This document shows positions 12,208 to 25,049 of a stretch of DNA of 64,000 bases, one piece after another. The DNA lies in NCBI GenBank assembly GCA_036172245.1, contig JAYWIR010000004.1, positions 3,658,001-3,722,000 of the forward strand, read 5' to 3'. Position numbers and translations under genes: made by a program. How positions within the stretch are numbered: position 1 is the stretch's first letter; every line of letters begins with the position of its first letter. The notes below the pieces were generated by a model. It did no database searches. It saw nothing but the letters and a program-made list of their open reading frames with translations, and had not been told where the DNA came from. Origin of the DNA: Raillietiella orientalis (lineage: Eukaryota).

Positions 12208-15200
12208 ACTGATGTATTTGAAGTCTATCATATGTAAATATTTGTCTGAGGATAACAGATTCAAATGTTTGAAGACCATTAATGTTTCATACTCTAGGTC
12301 TGCTGTGAAAATTCGCAGATCTCCCAATATGCATACATATTTGCACCAGGAGTATTGTGTATAAACAATGAAAGCTCACTGTTGATTTGTCTGTAGACTT
12401 TACTGGGCTTGTTTGTAATCTAAATTGTAATTGCTTAACACCCTTGAAAGCACCTTACGCGCAAAGCAATGTAATTCGTGCATTTTTATCTTATCTGGTC
12501 GTAATCCAAAAACAACGTAACCCTTTTTGAATCCGGGTACAAGAGGTTAATCATGCATGTCTCCCCATCGGGAGAACTTCCCGGAATTGTGATGTATAGT
12601 TTTCAACTGTGGGAAATTTTTTTTATTCTCCACCGTCAAAACTTGTGGGATTTCTTATCAACATTCAAGTGTGCTGCTATTGCTGTCAAGATATATCAAT
12701 TCATTCAACTTGGAGGATTTTGATTTTTTTTTGGTGTGTGTGTGTATTGAGAAAACAGATTTGTTTTATTTGCTCCTATAAATTTATTCGACCGATGACA
12801 TTGTTTTCGTGAGTGTATGCCAAATATTCTATCACCAGAAAGTTGCATTCTAGATTTTTCACTAATTTTAGGTTTCGAGTGAATTCTGCCAGTGAATTCT
12901 TTAAATTCTGTTCGAGTGAATTTCTGTTTGTTTCAAACTAAGGTTGTTGGGAGCTTGGTTATTTGAACATTCCAGTTAAGTTATTGAGCGTCCGAGATTC
13001 CTACCAAATGCATCTCGTTTTATTTATTTTTATTTTTTTATAAATCTTATTGGATAATCTATGAGAATCTAAGAAAAAGTCTCTAAACTTGTCTTGCTGG
13101 GATTATATTTGCTACTTTGATATGCTTTGTTTTGTCCATAACAAGGAGCATTAATTTTCATATTTTGAAATCAGATTCATATAATCTTAGTATATTTTAT
13201 TTTCATACTGAAAAGTTAATTGATGCATTTAATTAGATATCCTGAAGTTCTTATAATCCCGAAACCAAAATCTTGAGGGTAGCTAAAGACATGCGGCATC
13301 CATTTCGTGGAACGAACATTGCAACGTTTGCACCAATTTTTCGTCATCGGTAAATAGGGCACGAAAAAGGATCTGAGAACTTTGCACAAGAGGACTAGGG
13401 AACCTATAAAGTGTTAAGAAAGTGAGAACTTTGATATTAAAACAGAAAAGTTGCAATGTCAGTGATGGATGCCGATCCTAACTTTTCAACTAATTTCATC
13501 TCCCTATACTATTCAAGGTTTAACAGATTTTTAAATCTGTGCTGTTCTTTTATAGACACTATATTCCCTGGCATAGTCGTCTTACTGAATTAAAAGTAAC
13601 GAAATAGTTTCTTCTAAGAAAAGAGAAATGAGAACTAACAAGTTTTGAAATTATTACTGCGCCAGAATTTAAAAAGTAGTTAGATCATATGCCACCAAAT
13701 CTCACAATAAGCTCAGTTAGTATAGAAAACAGGCATTTGCCATCAAATAAATTTAAAGGAAACTCTATCATTGTATTTGATTCAACTTCACCAGAAATAA
13801 AGTCTCCTGCAGTTCCCATTTTCTTGAGATACATAAATAAAAGAAAAGTCTATATTGGTGTTATTTCAATAAGTGAACAAGCAACTCTTGATATGCTTGC
13901 TTGCTAACTGGTGAGAATCAGCAGGCAGTCCAAAAGTTCGACACGTCCATATTTGAAAAAATCCTCTCCATTCATTGTTGTTTGATTTGACAAATCTAAA
14001 ACTTTTCTCTCACTTAGATTTCGGATTAGATAACTGTGTTGTCCAGAGATTAGTATTAAAGTAAATGGTGTCGAAATATTGAAACTGTATAAAAGTTTAG
14101 ATGATGGTATTGCTTCCCTTAGTTCCTCGCCAACTTAGTTATTTGTTTCATCAAAAAAGTCAATCATTAGAAAACGGAATGGAAATTTCATACCCGTTTA
14201 TCTTTTTCTTCCTTCACAATCGCAAAGGATAGATTCCGTGCACATCCAATAAGGGAAAAGTGATAACAAAGGCAGCTGCCCTTGCAGCGACTGGATCTAG
14301 ACTTAAATCAATTCTTTAAGCATGAAAATTCGTCCAGGAGACAAATGTTTGAGCAACAAAGAGCAATTGCTCTTTGTCTATAAACTGGATACTGGATAAG
14401 TCTGGATACTCTATTTTGAACCCCCCTAGGGTGTTTGTGAACTGAAGACTGCAATATTGAAAACTTTGGATAATGTCATTGAAAGTATGGGACATTTTAG
14501 AATCACGATGTATTGTAAAGATATTTTGCTAAAACCTGTTAGTATATTTGAGATTTCTTTTGCTACACGTAAAGCAGAAATGTGAAAACATAGCTTGAGA
14601 ATTGAATTTCCGGATGTTTTTTTTTTTTTGAGGAAACATTCAGAAAGAAAAAAGATCGCGCCTTTGCATTTTCATTTTCGTCTGAAAGAGTTTCAAGACT
14701 GTGAAAACAGCTGACTGGGGAATGAATGACCAGGTCTGGCTTACCTCCAAATTGCTTACATTTTTTAATCAGTTCGTGGAGGAGATGCGTGAATAAGTGT
14801 TTTATTTGGATACAACTATATGTTACATAAGTTACGTACGATCAAGACATACATGCGTTATAGAATTGTATGGAAGTATCTGTTTGCACAGAAGATTGCA
14901 CCCCCGTATAACACTAAGGCACACAATTTATGTGTACGTTTGCACTTTGCAAATATCCTCATGCTAAGTGCATGTGTAGTAAATACCTGTATAAGCATCT
15001 ACTCAACACAGGTACTGCGTACATATGCGATATGTACTGCGTTTAACATCTCATCTGGAGCAAAGTGTATGCAGTACATGGTTTCATAATTAAGGCCACT
15101 GTTTGGAAGTAAATGTTTGAGCGTACTTCATTTATATGGAAAAATATGTTCATGTTCCATTTGTAATTTGTGGTATTTTCATCATGTGCATGTATAATAA

Positions 15201-15516
15201 TCATCATTGTCTTTGTAGATGCAATTTTGTCTGTTTGCGTCAAATAAGAGAGGTGATTAACGAATATACTCGTTCATTGCCAGATTAAATTATTTTTGTT
15301 TAATTTAGAGTTGATACTTTTCCTTAATTGCGAAGCATTGCCAATTTGTATTTAAGAATCACGATAAATCATGGAGCAGGCAAATAAAGAGTTAATGATT
15401 AAAATGATGTAACGCAATTCATGTAAATATTAGTGACCTTAGTGTTAACTGGATTCCATAAAACCTGGAAGTGTTTTTTTCTTGGATATTCATTTCGAGA
15501 AATTATCATTTGAAAC

Positions 15517-16611
15517 ATGGATAGTAAGTCAAAAGTTTCTTTTGATTCTGTTAATGTACTACTGTATGATCCATGCAGCCGAAAGGAACTTCATTGTAAA
15601 AACTTCCTCGCCGTAGCAAAAATCGAATCATTTTAATTCATTTTGTTTACGATTCTCTTTTGTTGTGCTTAATCATTAACTTTAAAAGTTCAAAGAAAAA
15701 CACACGAAAAGCATGAACCTCAATCTAATGTCTTCAATAAGATTTCCAAAGGTTTTGCAAAAGTTAAACCTAAGTTTTATTCGATTTCATTTCCTACCTT
15801 AAGAGCATTCTATTCAAAAAGGCTTTCTGCTTTTTAATGAATACGAATAATTCAGGGATGAATGTATTACATCTCTGACTTTTGTTTTGGCAGATACTTT
15901 GTTTCAATTAAAGTTTTGCTGCAAACAGTTGGAAAGAATGTCACGAAAAGCTGAAAAAGAAGAAAGGGTGCAACGTTCTAAAATTCGAACAGCACTCAAA
16001 AAGGGAAACTCCGAAGGAGCAAAAATATTTGCAGAAAGTGCAATACGCAAAAAAAATGAAAGCCTAGACTACTTGAGATTGGCCTCCAAAGTTGATGCAG
16101 TGGCCTCCAAAGTACAAACTGCTGTGACAATGAAATCTGTGAGATTATTGATTCCTTACTGAGTAAATGAATTGATCATCAGGTTGCTAAAAACATGGGC
16201 TCTGTTGTTAAAGGTCTGGAAAAAGCTATGGAGTCAATGAACTTGCAAAGTATTTCAGCAATCATGGATCAATTTGAGAAACAATTTGAAGATCTGGATG
16301 TGCGGACTTCTGTATGAATAGTGTTATTGTTACTTATGGCTTTAATGCAAGATTGTTAGGTTCTGGAAGAATCAATGGGAGCTGCTACTACATTGTCAAC
16401 TCCTCAAGAACAAGTGGATAAATTAATTCAGCAAGTGGCAGATGAAGCAGGACTGGAGCTAGCTGGACAGCTTTCTAACATTCCAGCTGGTGAGCCCGCA
16501 GAATCAGTGAGAAGTCGGCAGCAGGATGATGCTCTCAGTCAAAGGTAAACTCGTTTTTTGATCAATTGACTGTTTAAATGCATGAATAGGCTGGCTGCTC
16601 TGCGGAACTAG
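15517..16611 (+). CDS. CHMP1A: Charged multivesicular body protein 1a (ESCRT-III, Snf7 family), 5 exons, 195 aa
   Basis: Exons 15517-15523 (ATG GAT A|gtaagt), 15894-16138, 16183-16311, 16360-16544, 16590-16611, total 588 nt. Protein MDNTLFQLKF...AIRKKNE...[15 protein letters not shown]...TPQEQVD...LSQRLAALRN matches the CHMP1A pattern including the C-terminal MIM motif. Confidence 0.93.
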
Positions 16612-19199
16612 TTGTTAGATATCACACCCACTGGTGATCTGGGAAAGATAGTTTTCAGTCCTTAAAATTGATGAAATGACCTGCATACCACTAGTTGATA
16701 GCCAACTGTGCTGCCTGTATACATCTGAGTAATATAAGATAGTCATTTTTGATATCATTATACTGCTTGTTACATTGGGATGATGAAAAAATTCAATTTA
16801 TGTTGATTTCTATTCACTGCTGTTGTTGAGCCATGTATCACATTTGTGATATAAATGATGGTGTATGGATAAGAAAAAATTTTGGAGTGTTAAAAATAGT
16901 TAAACAATGATCCATTAAAATTTGAGTACAGTTCCAAACAAACAGAATAATAGAAGAGCAAAAGTTTGCCTGTGTATGTGTAATCCATAATGGTTACCAT
17001 AAGAAAACAGAAAAAATGAGTCAGTCTGTGCTTGTGCCTTCAAGCTGATATGAGGGGATAGAGAAAAAGCACCTTCAGGATCGAAAATATTAAATTATGG
17101 TTTCTGCTGTCCTGTGGAGCATTCATTACTGTATGGTGTCTTTTGATGCAATCTGCTGCATTTAATTAAGAGATAGCAAATACTGTTCTCTTCTTGGTAG
17201 ACTTTGTTTATTTATTGAATCAAATGCCATTGATGAGGTACCCATATTTTTGTAGAGAAAATGATTATACTGAATAGGTTAGTTGTGGTGTAAACACGTT
17301 TACATCAAAATAATGATTCAAATCATTTTTATGCAATAGCTAAAAATAATGCCATTTAAATGTGAAAGTTGAACTAGTAAACTAACCAACAAAAAAGTTG
17401 CAACTTTGTGTGCATTGCTTTTCAGTTTTCGTATATCTGTTCATGTTTATTTCAGTATAATGATTTAATAATTTTAATGCTATAATTACATTCTATGTAT
17501 ATAAAACAAGTTTTACGTAGCTTTTGAAATACGTAGCTTTTATTGTCCTTTGTAAAGCTTTTACCTTTCAACTTTAGTGGATGCATTTGATGTAAATGTT
17601 TTAAGATTCTTCAGAAATGCTGTTGCCAAATTTCATTTCTATGAAACTCATTCAAATAGTGATGGCAGCAACTATACAAAATGTAAGAAATTAAAGTGTC
17701 AGTTCTGTGCATGTAGTTCATTTCAAGAGATAGTTTCAGGTGATGCTGGCAAACTGTCCAAATAGTCTGTTAAAGGACAATGGTAAAAGTTCACTTTTTA
17801 CCGATTTTTGCTATCTTACACCCATAGAAACTGTACTGGATTATTTCTAAACATATGAGAAGTAGATCAGGGTTGTTAAAGTATGTGCTTCACTGTGACC
17901 TCATTGTTTGTGTAATGAGAAAACTTCCGAATCCTCTGCACAAAACATAGTTTAGTTTTGTGGCTAGAACTAGTTTTGTGGCTGGAACTAATGCTGTCAT
18001 CACAACACATTGCATAAGAAATTTAGGGTTTGAAGGCATAAAAAAGGAATGCAAGTATTTTGAAATGAAATCAATTCTTTTTGCATTTAGTAGCCATTGT
18101 TAATTATGTTGATTTTTGCTATAAACTGTTTCTCTAAACATACTTTGGAATGTGGAATGTTCAGAGTAAAGAGTTTTCAGATAAGCTGCTTTTAGCAACA
18201 AGCAGTTTATAAGATGGGATGTGACCTCGCTGTGGGTAAAATGTTCACTTTCAGCATAAATTCAAGGTAAAGCCAGACTTCAGGAATGGCATGCAAAGGT
18301 CTAGCAAATATTTGAATTCAACTTTGAAGATAGGAACATAATACAGTGGATTGTGTATTATACATACATCTCTAACATGGATCATAGATCATTTTTTTCA
18401 AGTGCTTCAGCAATGAAATGAGTAGGCTTAGTAGAATGAATGGACTCGGTGAAGTTGAACTGATTTTATTGTTTGTCTTTGATTATTTATTTATTTTCTG
18501 TAATTGTGCAATAAAAGTGACTTTTACGAGAAAATGAAAAAAATCGATGTAAACTGGAGGAAGGTGTTTCGTCACCATATCTACCGTGCCTCCGAATCCT
18601 AAAAATCTGGCAAAATGATCTGAGATCAATATAGTAACAGCATTGGTTGATGCTGTGAAGAATATGTTGTGCACATGTACAGCACATAGAAACTCTGGCA
18701 AGTAAGCAAGCATCGTGTTTTCGTAATTGGAAACAGTAAAAAAAGAAAAAGAAATGATTTGACCCATAATCTTGAAACGTGATCTTCACTTTTCCATGGA
18801 GAAAACGGTTTGCGTGTTATTCGAAGTGAATAGAAAGACTTCATTTCACTGCAAGATTATCTTTACGTGGAATTGCTTTATATGCTATTAAACAAAAAAC
18901 AATTTTTAAAATAAGTATTCAGAAATTTTAGGGTAGGACGAAGTTTCTTAATCTCTCGGTCTTCATATGTATCCTTATGATGAATTGGCCAAATTTTGTC
19001 ACGTGTCTCATTTAAGTTGGTTTATTTCGAGAAAAAAAAATCGGTATAAGAAAATTATCTCTTAAACGATTTTTCGAAGAGTTGAACTCAGGACAGACGC
19101 TATGATAGGAATAGCAGCAGGTATGGAGTCAGGCTCCATTATCATTAACCTTAAAAAGGAATGCATCTTTTGAAACAACACTTTGTTCAGTGTCTCCCC

Positions 19200-19730
19200 A
19201 TCAACCATCTCCATCTGTGGTATTTAGAGATAGATCTTGAAAATGTTGGCTAAGAAACTTGCCGAACTGACGCCTGCTCCTGGCTGGTATCAATGAGTCT
19301 GCTAGTTAGCGTAAAGAGAAAACTCCGGAACACTTCTGTTGGTAAGAGAAACATCCAGAACACATGCCAATGCTGGAGCACAGTTTTCAAGAAGTAAACC
19401 AAGTACAAATTTGAAATGTTTTCCTCGGAGACTTCAAATTAAGATATCATCTACACACGTTTCCCACCGGACGGCCAAATTGGAAAGTATGAATTTTGTA
19501 TGTTAGACATGATTTCCAAGTGTGGAGTCTCTCTGCGAACTACCTTTTCCATTTGTTGAGCTCCTTTCGCTTCAGATGGCTGGTGCTACGATTTCTTGTG
19601 AACGTTCCAAGTGATATCTTTTCATAAGATAGTGTCTTATCACACTTTCAGAGTGATGTGGGTGACACACCCTAGTCAGACCTTGACGATGGATAGCAAG
19701 CAGCGAATGTCTTTTTATTCTTGGCTTGAC
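19200..19730 (-). mobile_element. Possible Penelope-like reverse transcriptase relic
   Basis: Minus-strand DIRCLLSIV, Q..KV...TPHLEIMSNI, WETCVDDILI (19460-19443 core) and VLDVSL, matching the order of PLE RT motifs DVxSLxTNI, GxxMGSPLSPxxANI, WxRYVDDIF and FLDVxI. Very degenerate. Confidence 0.4.
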
Positions 19731-21849
19731 ATATTCTAAGCTGTCAATTTCTTCCTATGTTACCTTTCTTAAGTGGATGTGAAGGTCAAGTTCTCAATTT
19801 CCAGCAATCTTCCATCATATCTCCTGAAATGCAGGCAATGTGATCCTAAGGTAATAATACAGTTTTATAAGCAAATGAGTTATATTAGATGATTTTCCGA
19901 AGTGAACATTATAACATAATTTACTTTTTCCCACATGAAGGGATCTCCGCAAATCGCATTTGTTTAGGGAATGGTAGCTACTCAGGAACTCTACGTGCAC
20001 ACTTGTGCTGGCAGACGACTTTTCAGTATGTAGTTGGTAATTTAAATTACATAATAACGAACGAAAAAAAACATAAAAAAAATGCATGCTTTTGGTGCTT
20101 TGGGTTTAAGCACAATTTCTTCAACCCCAAAATGAAAGGGAACAGGATTTTAGAGAAGATGCACATAATGGATCACAGTTCCTAGGTTCATTTGCCTTTT
20201 CTGTGATGCTTCCTGTTTCCGTAATCGGTTATGATTGCTTACTCATTCTCATCAATGAAAAAAAAAAAAATGAAGCCCCATTCGCAAGTGTAGCTGGTGA
20301 AAAAAAGTAATTTAAAAGGCGGTTTTAATCTCCCTAGTCGATCGAATCAAAGTCACGATATGCCGATAGTGATTGTATCTCACAATGCTCTACATTGCCA
20401 ACTAAATAATCGAAATAGTTTGGATTGTGTTCGTTTTCAGCACATATTTTCTTGCTGTTACTTAGTTTACTTCACTGTTCTTTGGAATTCCTGTCAAAAG
20501 GTTCCTCAACGAATCGATGCACGCGTTCAGGCGTTGCAGTGTTCCTGTAGTTCTTCCTTTGACAACTGTATGTAAGGGTAGTGAGGGCTGCGCTTTTATT
20601 GCACTGAAAGCATTAGGAAATATTGTCATCTGTAAGACTTCCTTTGAAAATTTTTTAACACAGGTTTTTTTTTTTTTTTTAACTTTCACATCTTGTTCAA
20701 CTTTCATGATTGTGGCAACAGTGTGCTATCGTAAGCAGTTCCTTGGCAACTGCAGCTGGGAAGCCCTTACTAGGTGAAAATTATTAATGACTGACTAATG
20801 TGCTGAAAGGCAGCCACAGAACACAGTTGGAACGAAACAAACAGATAACCAGAAAACAGTACTAAAAACAATATTAATTCTTGTGTCATGAATCGACACA
20901 CATGTATCAATAAGCCACTTGCTAAGATATTTTGTTGGATTCATAAGAACCTTCAATACAGAGCGCCAAAGTTGAAAAATCGCAAAAGGCTTTCAGTTTC
21001 CTTTTTACTTAATGTCTAATAAGCTAATATCCTTCAATAGACGGGATGATTAAAGCAATATTAGCAATACTCTTCGGTTTTTTTTTTTCTTTTCTATTGG
21101 TTCTTCCTTTTACAGCAATTAGAATCAATAATAGTTCGTGTTCTCAATTTTCCAAGCCAAAAAGTTCGAAAAAGTTTTCAGCCATTTCAAGAATATACGT
21201 CAATTAGAATTTTCTTTATTCTTCCTCATAATTCTTTGTCTCTATACTTTCACCTCCACTCTTCCACAGGGCATGACAATTCTTTAATCTGCTTTCATAT
21301 TTCTTTACACATGCTTTCAATTTCAGTTGTAATACTGAGCCACTTACCTATGAAGCGGTAGTTTTTTTTTTCTGTTGTCAATCTGATCCGGTTAACATTT
21401 TTACGCTCAATATCCCTCATTTGAAATCTCCATGACAGCAGTGTGCAAGATGTGATCTCAGAAGAAACCAACCACACTCATAAGGAAAGATGAAGGTAAA
21501 CTGCGTTTGTGTGTAGCATGGGATAAAAAAGCAACACGCGTTTTTCATCTTTAAGTAATCGCTTTCCGTCGAGACTGAAATGAGGAATTTTGTTGCGCAT
21601 TTTCGTATTTGTCACAACTACAGAATGCATTGAGCATCACGATGAACAAGAAGGTGATTCTTTAAGTAGGTTTGGAAGTCACTTCGCCCAGGATCCTCAA
21701 TTTTCCCCAGGTCCGGCAAACAGAGGGATGAATTTATGGAAACAAAACCTTTGACTTTTAACAAAGAACTATCAATCTTTTCTGTCTTTTCTATGTTTTC
21801 CACGTTTGCAAGGATCCTCAAAAAAATCCGAAAAACCTTCTACGGTTAG

Positions 21850-22600
21850 TTTACCGGTCATCTTGAATCTATTTAAAGTCATCGGTACGACTGCGGCTTT
21901 GATGGCATTCTGTTACTGCACCTCCTTCGAGTGCAAGCATTCAATTCCAAAGCTTGAACTGCCTCTCTGCGAAAACTTCATGGTTACCAGCGAGACCTAA
22001 CGATGTCTTCGGTCGAGGACAAAAAGCGACAGTAGCAGACGCTCACCGCATAGACATTCACTTGCAGCTCATGCAAGTACTTTGGAAGCATCTTTCAAAC
22101 TGGGGAACCGAGCAGGGCGCTCTCCGGTTCGGATGCACACCAATCGTGTCAACGTGAGATGTGTGCCAGATGTCCTCACAGGTGCTTTGCCAATCCCCTT
22201 TCTTTACCCTACTTCGTGACTGCTGGAGGAAAATTCATTCGCTCGTTCGGCAAAGCAGGAAGAGCTTTGACGCCCCAAAAATGCGCCGTCATTTTGTCAT
22301 TATCAATCAAGTAAGCAGGACGTCCATTCACTACTTTCTGAGCCTCTTTAATGTTCTTTACCGACTCCTATGCCTGTGAAAGCATTTGTCCTGTTCGTGA
22401 GGACAACTTTGTTCCTGTGTGCAACAAATGAAAAGAATCAAGAGGAACTGAGCAGCCTCCGGCATGACGCAAACCGGAGAACCAGGGGTGTGCCTGCTGA
22501 TGCACACCTCACGATTCCGGGTAGCCTTGACCGGAACATTCGCCATTCAAACCAGGAGCCAGCTTCCTGATGGGAAGATGGCGTTGGGTAGGGTCTGTGC
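21850..22600 (+). mobile_element. Decayed LINE RT C-terminal fragment
   Basis: SLNCLSAKTSWL (cf. GLxINxxKT), SCKYFGSIF near 22070 (KYLG) and FVRTTLF near 22390 (VRPxLEY), in the expected order. Confidence 0.35.
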
Positions 22601-22949
22601 ATCTGCTCTCGTCGAAAATGTGCCGCTGGAGTTCTGCTGGAGTCATCTCACTTCAGCCAAGTGTGTGTTGTTTCGTTCTCAAAAAGAGAACACACGAACC
22701 TCTGAGACTGGGGAAGTCAAAAAGCAGAATAATCTAGGAATGTTTTAGAACGCTGAAGAAATCAGAAAGGACTGAAAAACGAAAGAAATAATAATGAATA
22801 AAAACAAAAAACAGGAGTTTTCAGTTTTCCCCCTCTCCATCAGAAGTGCCAAGCAACCAATCAGATAGTGATCAATTAACTGAACATCTCTTTTATCTTG
22901 TTGGACCTTCCTCGTCATTAACACTAATTCCTCTATGTTCTATATCCTC

Positions 22950-23880
22950 CTAATCCTTCAAACCATGATTTCCGAGGTTGATGAGCGTAATTTCCTTCCA
23001 TGAAGCTTGTTTCCCGTCGGCTTAGGGTGTGTTTAAGTGGCTGCTGTTGATTAAGCTCGTTAGGATATCGGTGGGATTAGATCAGAGTGCGTTTCCTGTA
23101 TTAACTGTTCTGCAACTGTCGGCGAACAGTATGATAAGTGAAGGAATATGCCGATGTTAAATTAGAGGAGGCCAGAATAGAAAATTCTCTTTTATAATTT
23201 TCCTTTCTTTCGAGACCTTTGCTTTCCTTCCTCATTTGTTAGGGTGACATTTGGCGTTATGGTATTTGAAGTATTCTTGCTACTTTGCTTTCCCAACTGC
23301 TTTTTGTGCCTTTTAGCTTGCGATATCTTTAAATCAAAGTCTGAGTCTTCTCGCTTAGCATCCTTTCGGAAACATGCCATCCTTTCTTCGATTTTATTGG
23401 TCTGCTTCACCGTCTTCACCATCAGTGTTCTGATGAATTTCTTCTGTTTTGGATCCACTCATCTGGCTCTCGATGCTTTGCGTTCTTCGATCCTTTGTTT
23501 GTGTCTTTCTGTCTTTCGGCTGCTCCGTGTGGGTCTGCATCTCTACTTCATAAGCTCAAGTTTTCTTCACGTCAGATCTTCTCTTCACGACAATTCATCG
23601 GCAATACCAGGCTTTTCCTTATCCAGAAATGAAACCTTTCGTGCTCTTCCTTCGCATGAAAATCTCATCGCTTCACGATCTTCCGTCATGAAGTGACGAT
23701 TCCTCGTTACGCATGTGGGCACGGTCAATTCATTATCTCGAGAAGAGAGCATTAGATAGCAAAGCACTCCAGCTTCACTACCTCCGATATCGTGACTTGT
23801 TTTTTCTTTGCGTTTTCTTTTTTCTAAGCAACAAAAGACAAAATTGGATGTAAGGGAGCCATTCTTTTCGAAAAGCAAAA
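22950..23880 (-). mobile_element. Decayed LINE: K/E-rich ORF1 tail plus start of APE endonuclease
   Basis: K/R/E-rich minus-strand ORFs (23878-23192) followed by LAS.*FNIG and LIQETHSD near 23090, resembling the xNVxG and LQETH motifs of APE-type endonucleases. Confidence 0.45.
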
Positions 23881-24459
23881 AAGGAGAGATTTTCTTTTTC
23901 GATGTCCTTCCTCCCTCTCCTTGTGTTTTTTTTTTTTTTTTGCTGCTAGTTTCTTCACCCTCTTACGGTATGAGCTAATCCGAAAGTAACGACTATCCTG
24001 GAAAAAAATGATTCTTTAAAAATTTCGACTTATTTGATTTTCTCGAAATTTTATGATCCCCCCAAATTCCACCTCTTTTCCAAGTACTGACGCGAAAATC
24101 AGATGCTTCTGACAGCAACTCCGTGTCAAGCTCTGGATGCTACCTTCGTTTGTGTTTCTGAGCAGCCATCTTCTCCCAGAGACAGACACTGGCCGAGGTC
24201 GGTGTTTGCTTCCATTTGTTCTGCATGGACGGACTTCTTCTGTGCCCGGCCAAGTGTTGCGAGAGCGCTTCGAGTTTGTGCCTCGGAAACTGAGGTGTGG
24301 CCTACTTTCTCACTTCCATGGAAAACGCGCCTATTTGTGATCTTGGGCAAATGACGCTCCGAGATTCAATGCAAAAAACAAAAACAAGAGGAAACACATT
24401 CTATTGCAAGGTGTGCATTGGTACGTAAATTCACTCACGGAGGCAATCATTTTAGGAGA

Positions 24460-24800
24460 ACGAAATGTCACGACTCGAACGTCTCATGGGAGTGATTCAG
24501 CTCGATGGACTCCGTGTTGAGAACACTTCCTAGATTTCACTTGTTTACAAGAGGATGCTCACTCAGCATTATGCAGGGTGACAAAGATATTTACTTTATC
24601 AGTGCTAGAAAATGAGATTTCGAACGTATCTATGCAGTCACGCTTCACGATCCTCATCTGAATCTGTATGTATGATCCCAACGACAGAAAATTGGAGAAC
24701 TCGAAGAACAAAATGAATACCACAGAAGTTGAGGAAGCATGCGATCTAAATCAGGGAACCCGTCTTTGGAAAACTGAAGCGAAAAAACAAAAAGAGAGAG
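24460..24800 (+). mobile_element. Decayed LINE APE endonuclease fragment
   Basis: DFTCLQED near 24535 (cf. DIICLQET) and ICMYDPNDRK near 24662 (cf. INVYAPN). Confidence 0.45.
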
Positions 24801-24813
24801 AGAGAGAGAGAGA
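24793..24813. repeat. (AG)n microsatellite
   Basis: About 10 AG units. Confidence 0.85.
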
Positions 24814-25049
24814 AAAGAAACAGTGGACACATTTACGAAACGCGCTTCCTTCTCGCAAATCACTTAATATCGTCAACTTGAAGAAGTTGGTGGACGCACA
24901 TTCTTTTTCCTTCAAGAATAAACAAAAATAATGAACACGCAGACATACTGGACTGACACTATGCTGCTAAAGAAACTATAAATCTTCGGGAGTTGAAAAC
25001 TCCAAAGCAAGAACCCAAACTTTACTTTTGGAGGTTCGGTTCATTTACG

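Noticed and set aside
13440..14120. Possible RT relics here and near 50600-51300 and 59590-59820
   Set aside because: Only one vague motif each; cannot be supported without a profile search.
23244..23696. 150-aa hydrophobic 'membrane protein' ORF
   Set aside because: Antisense shadow of a K/E/R-rich retroelement ORF on the minus strand; no ATG start or splice context.
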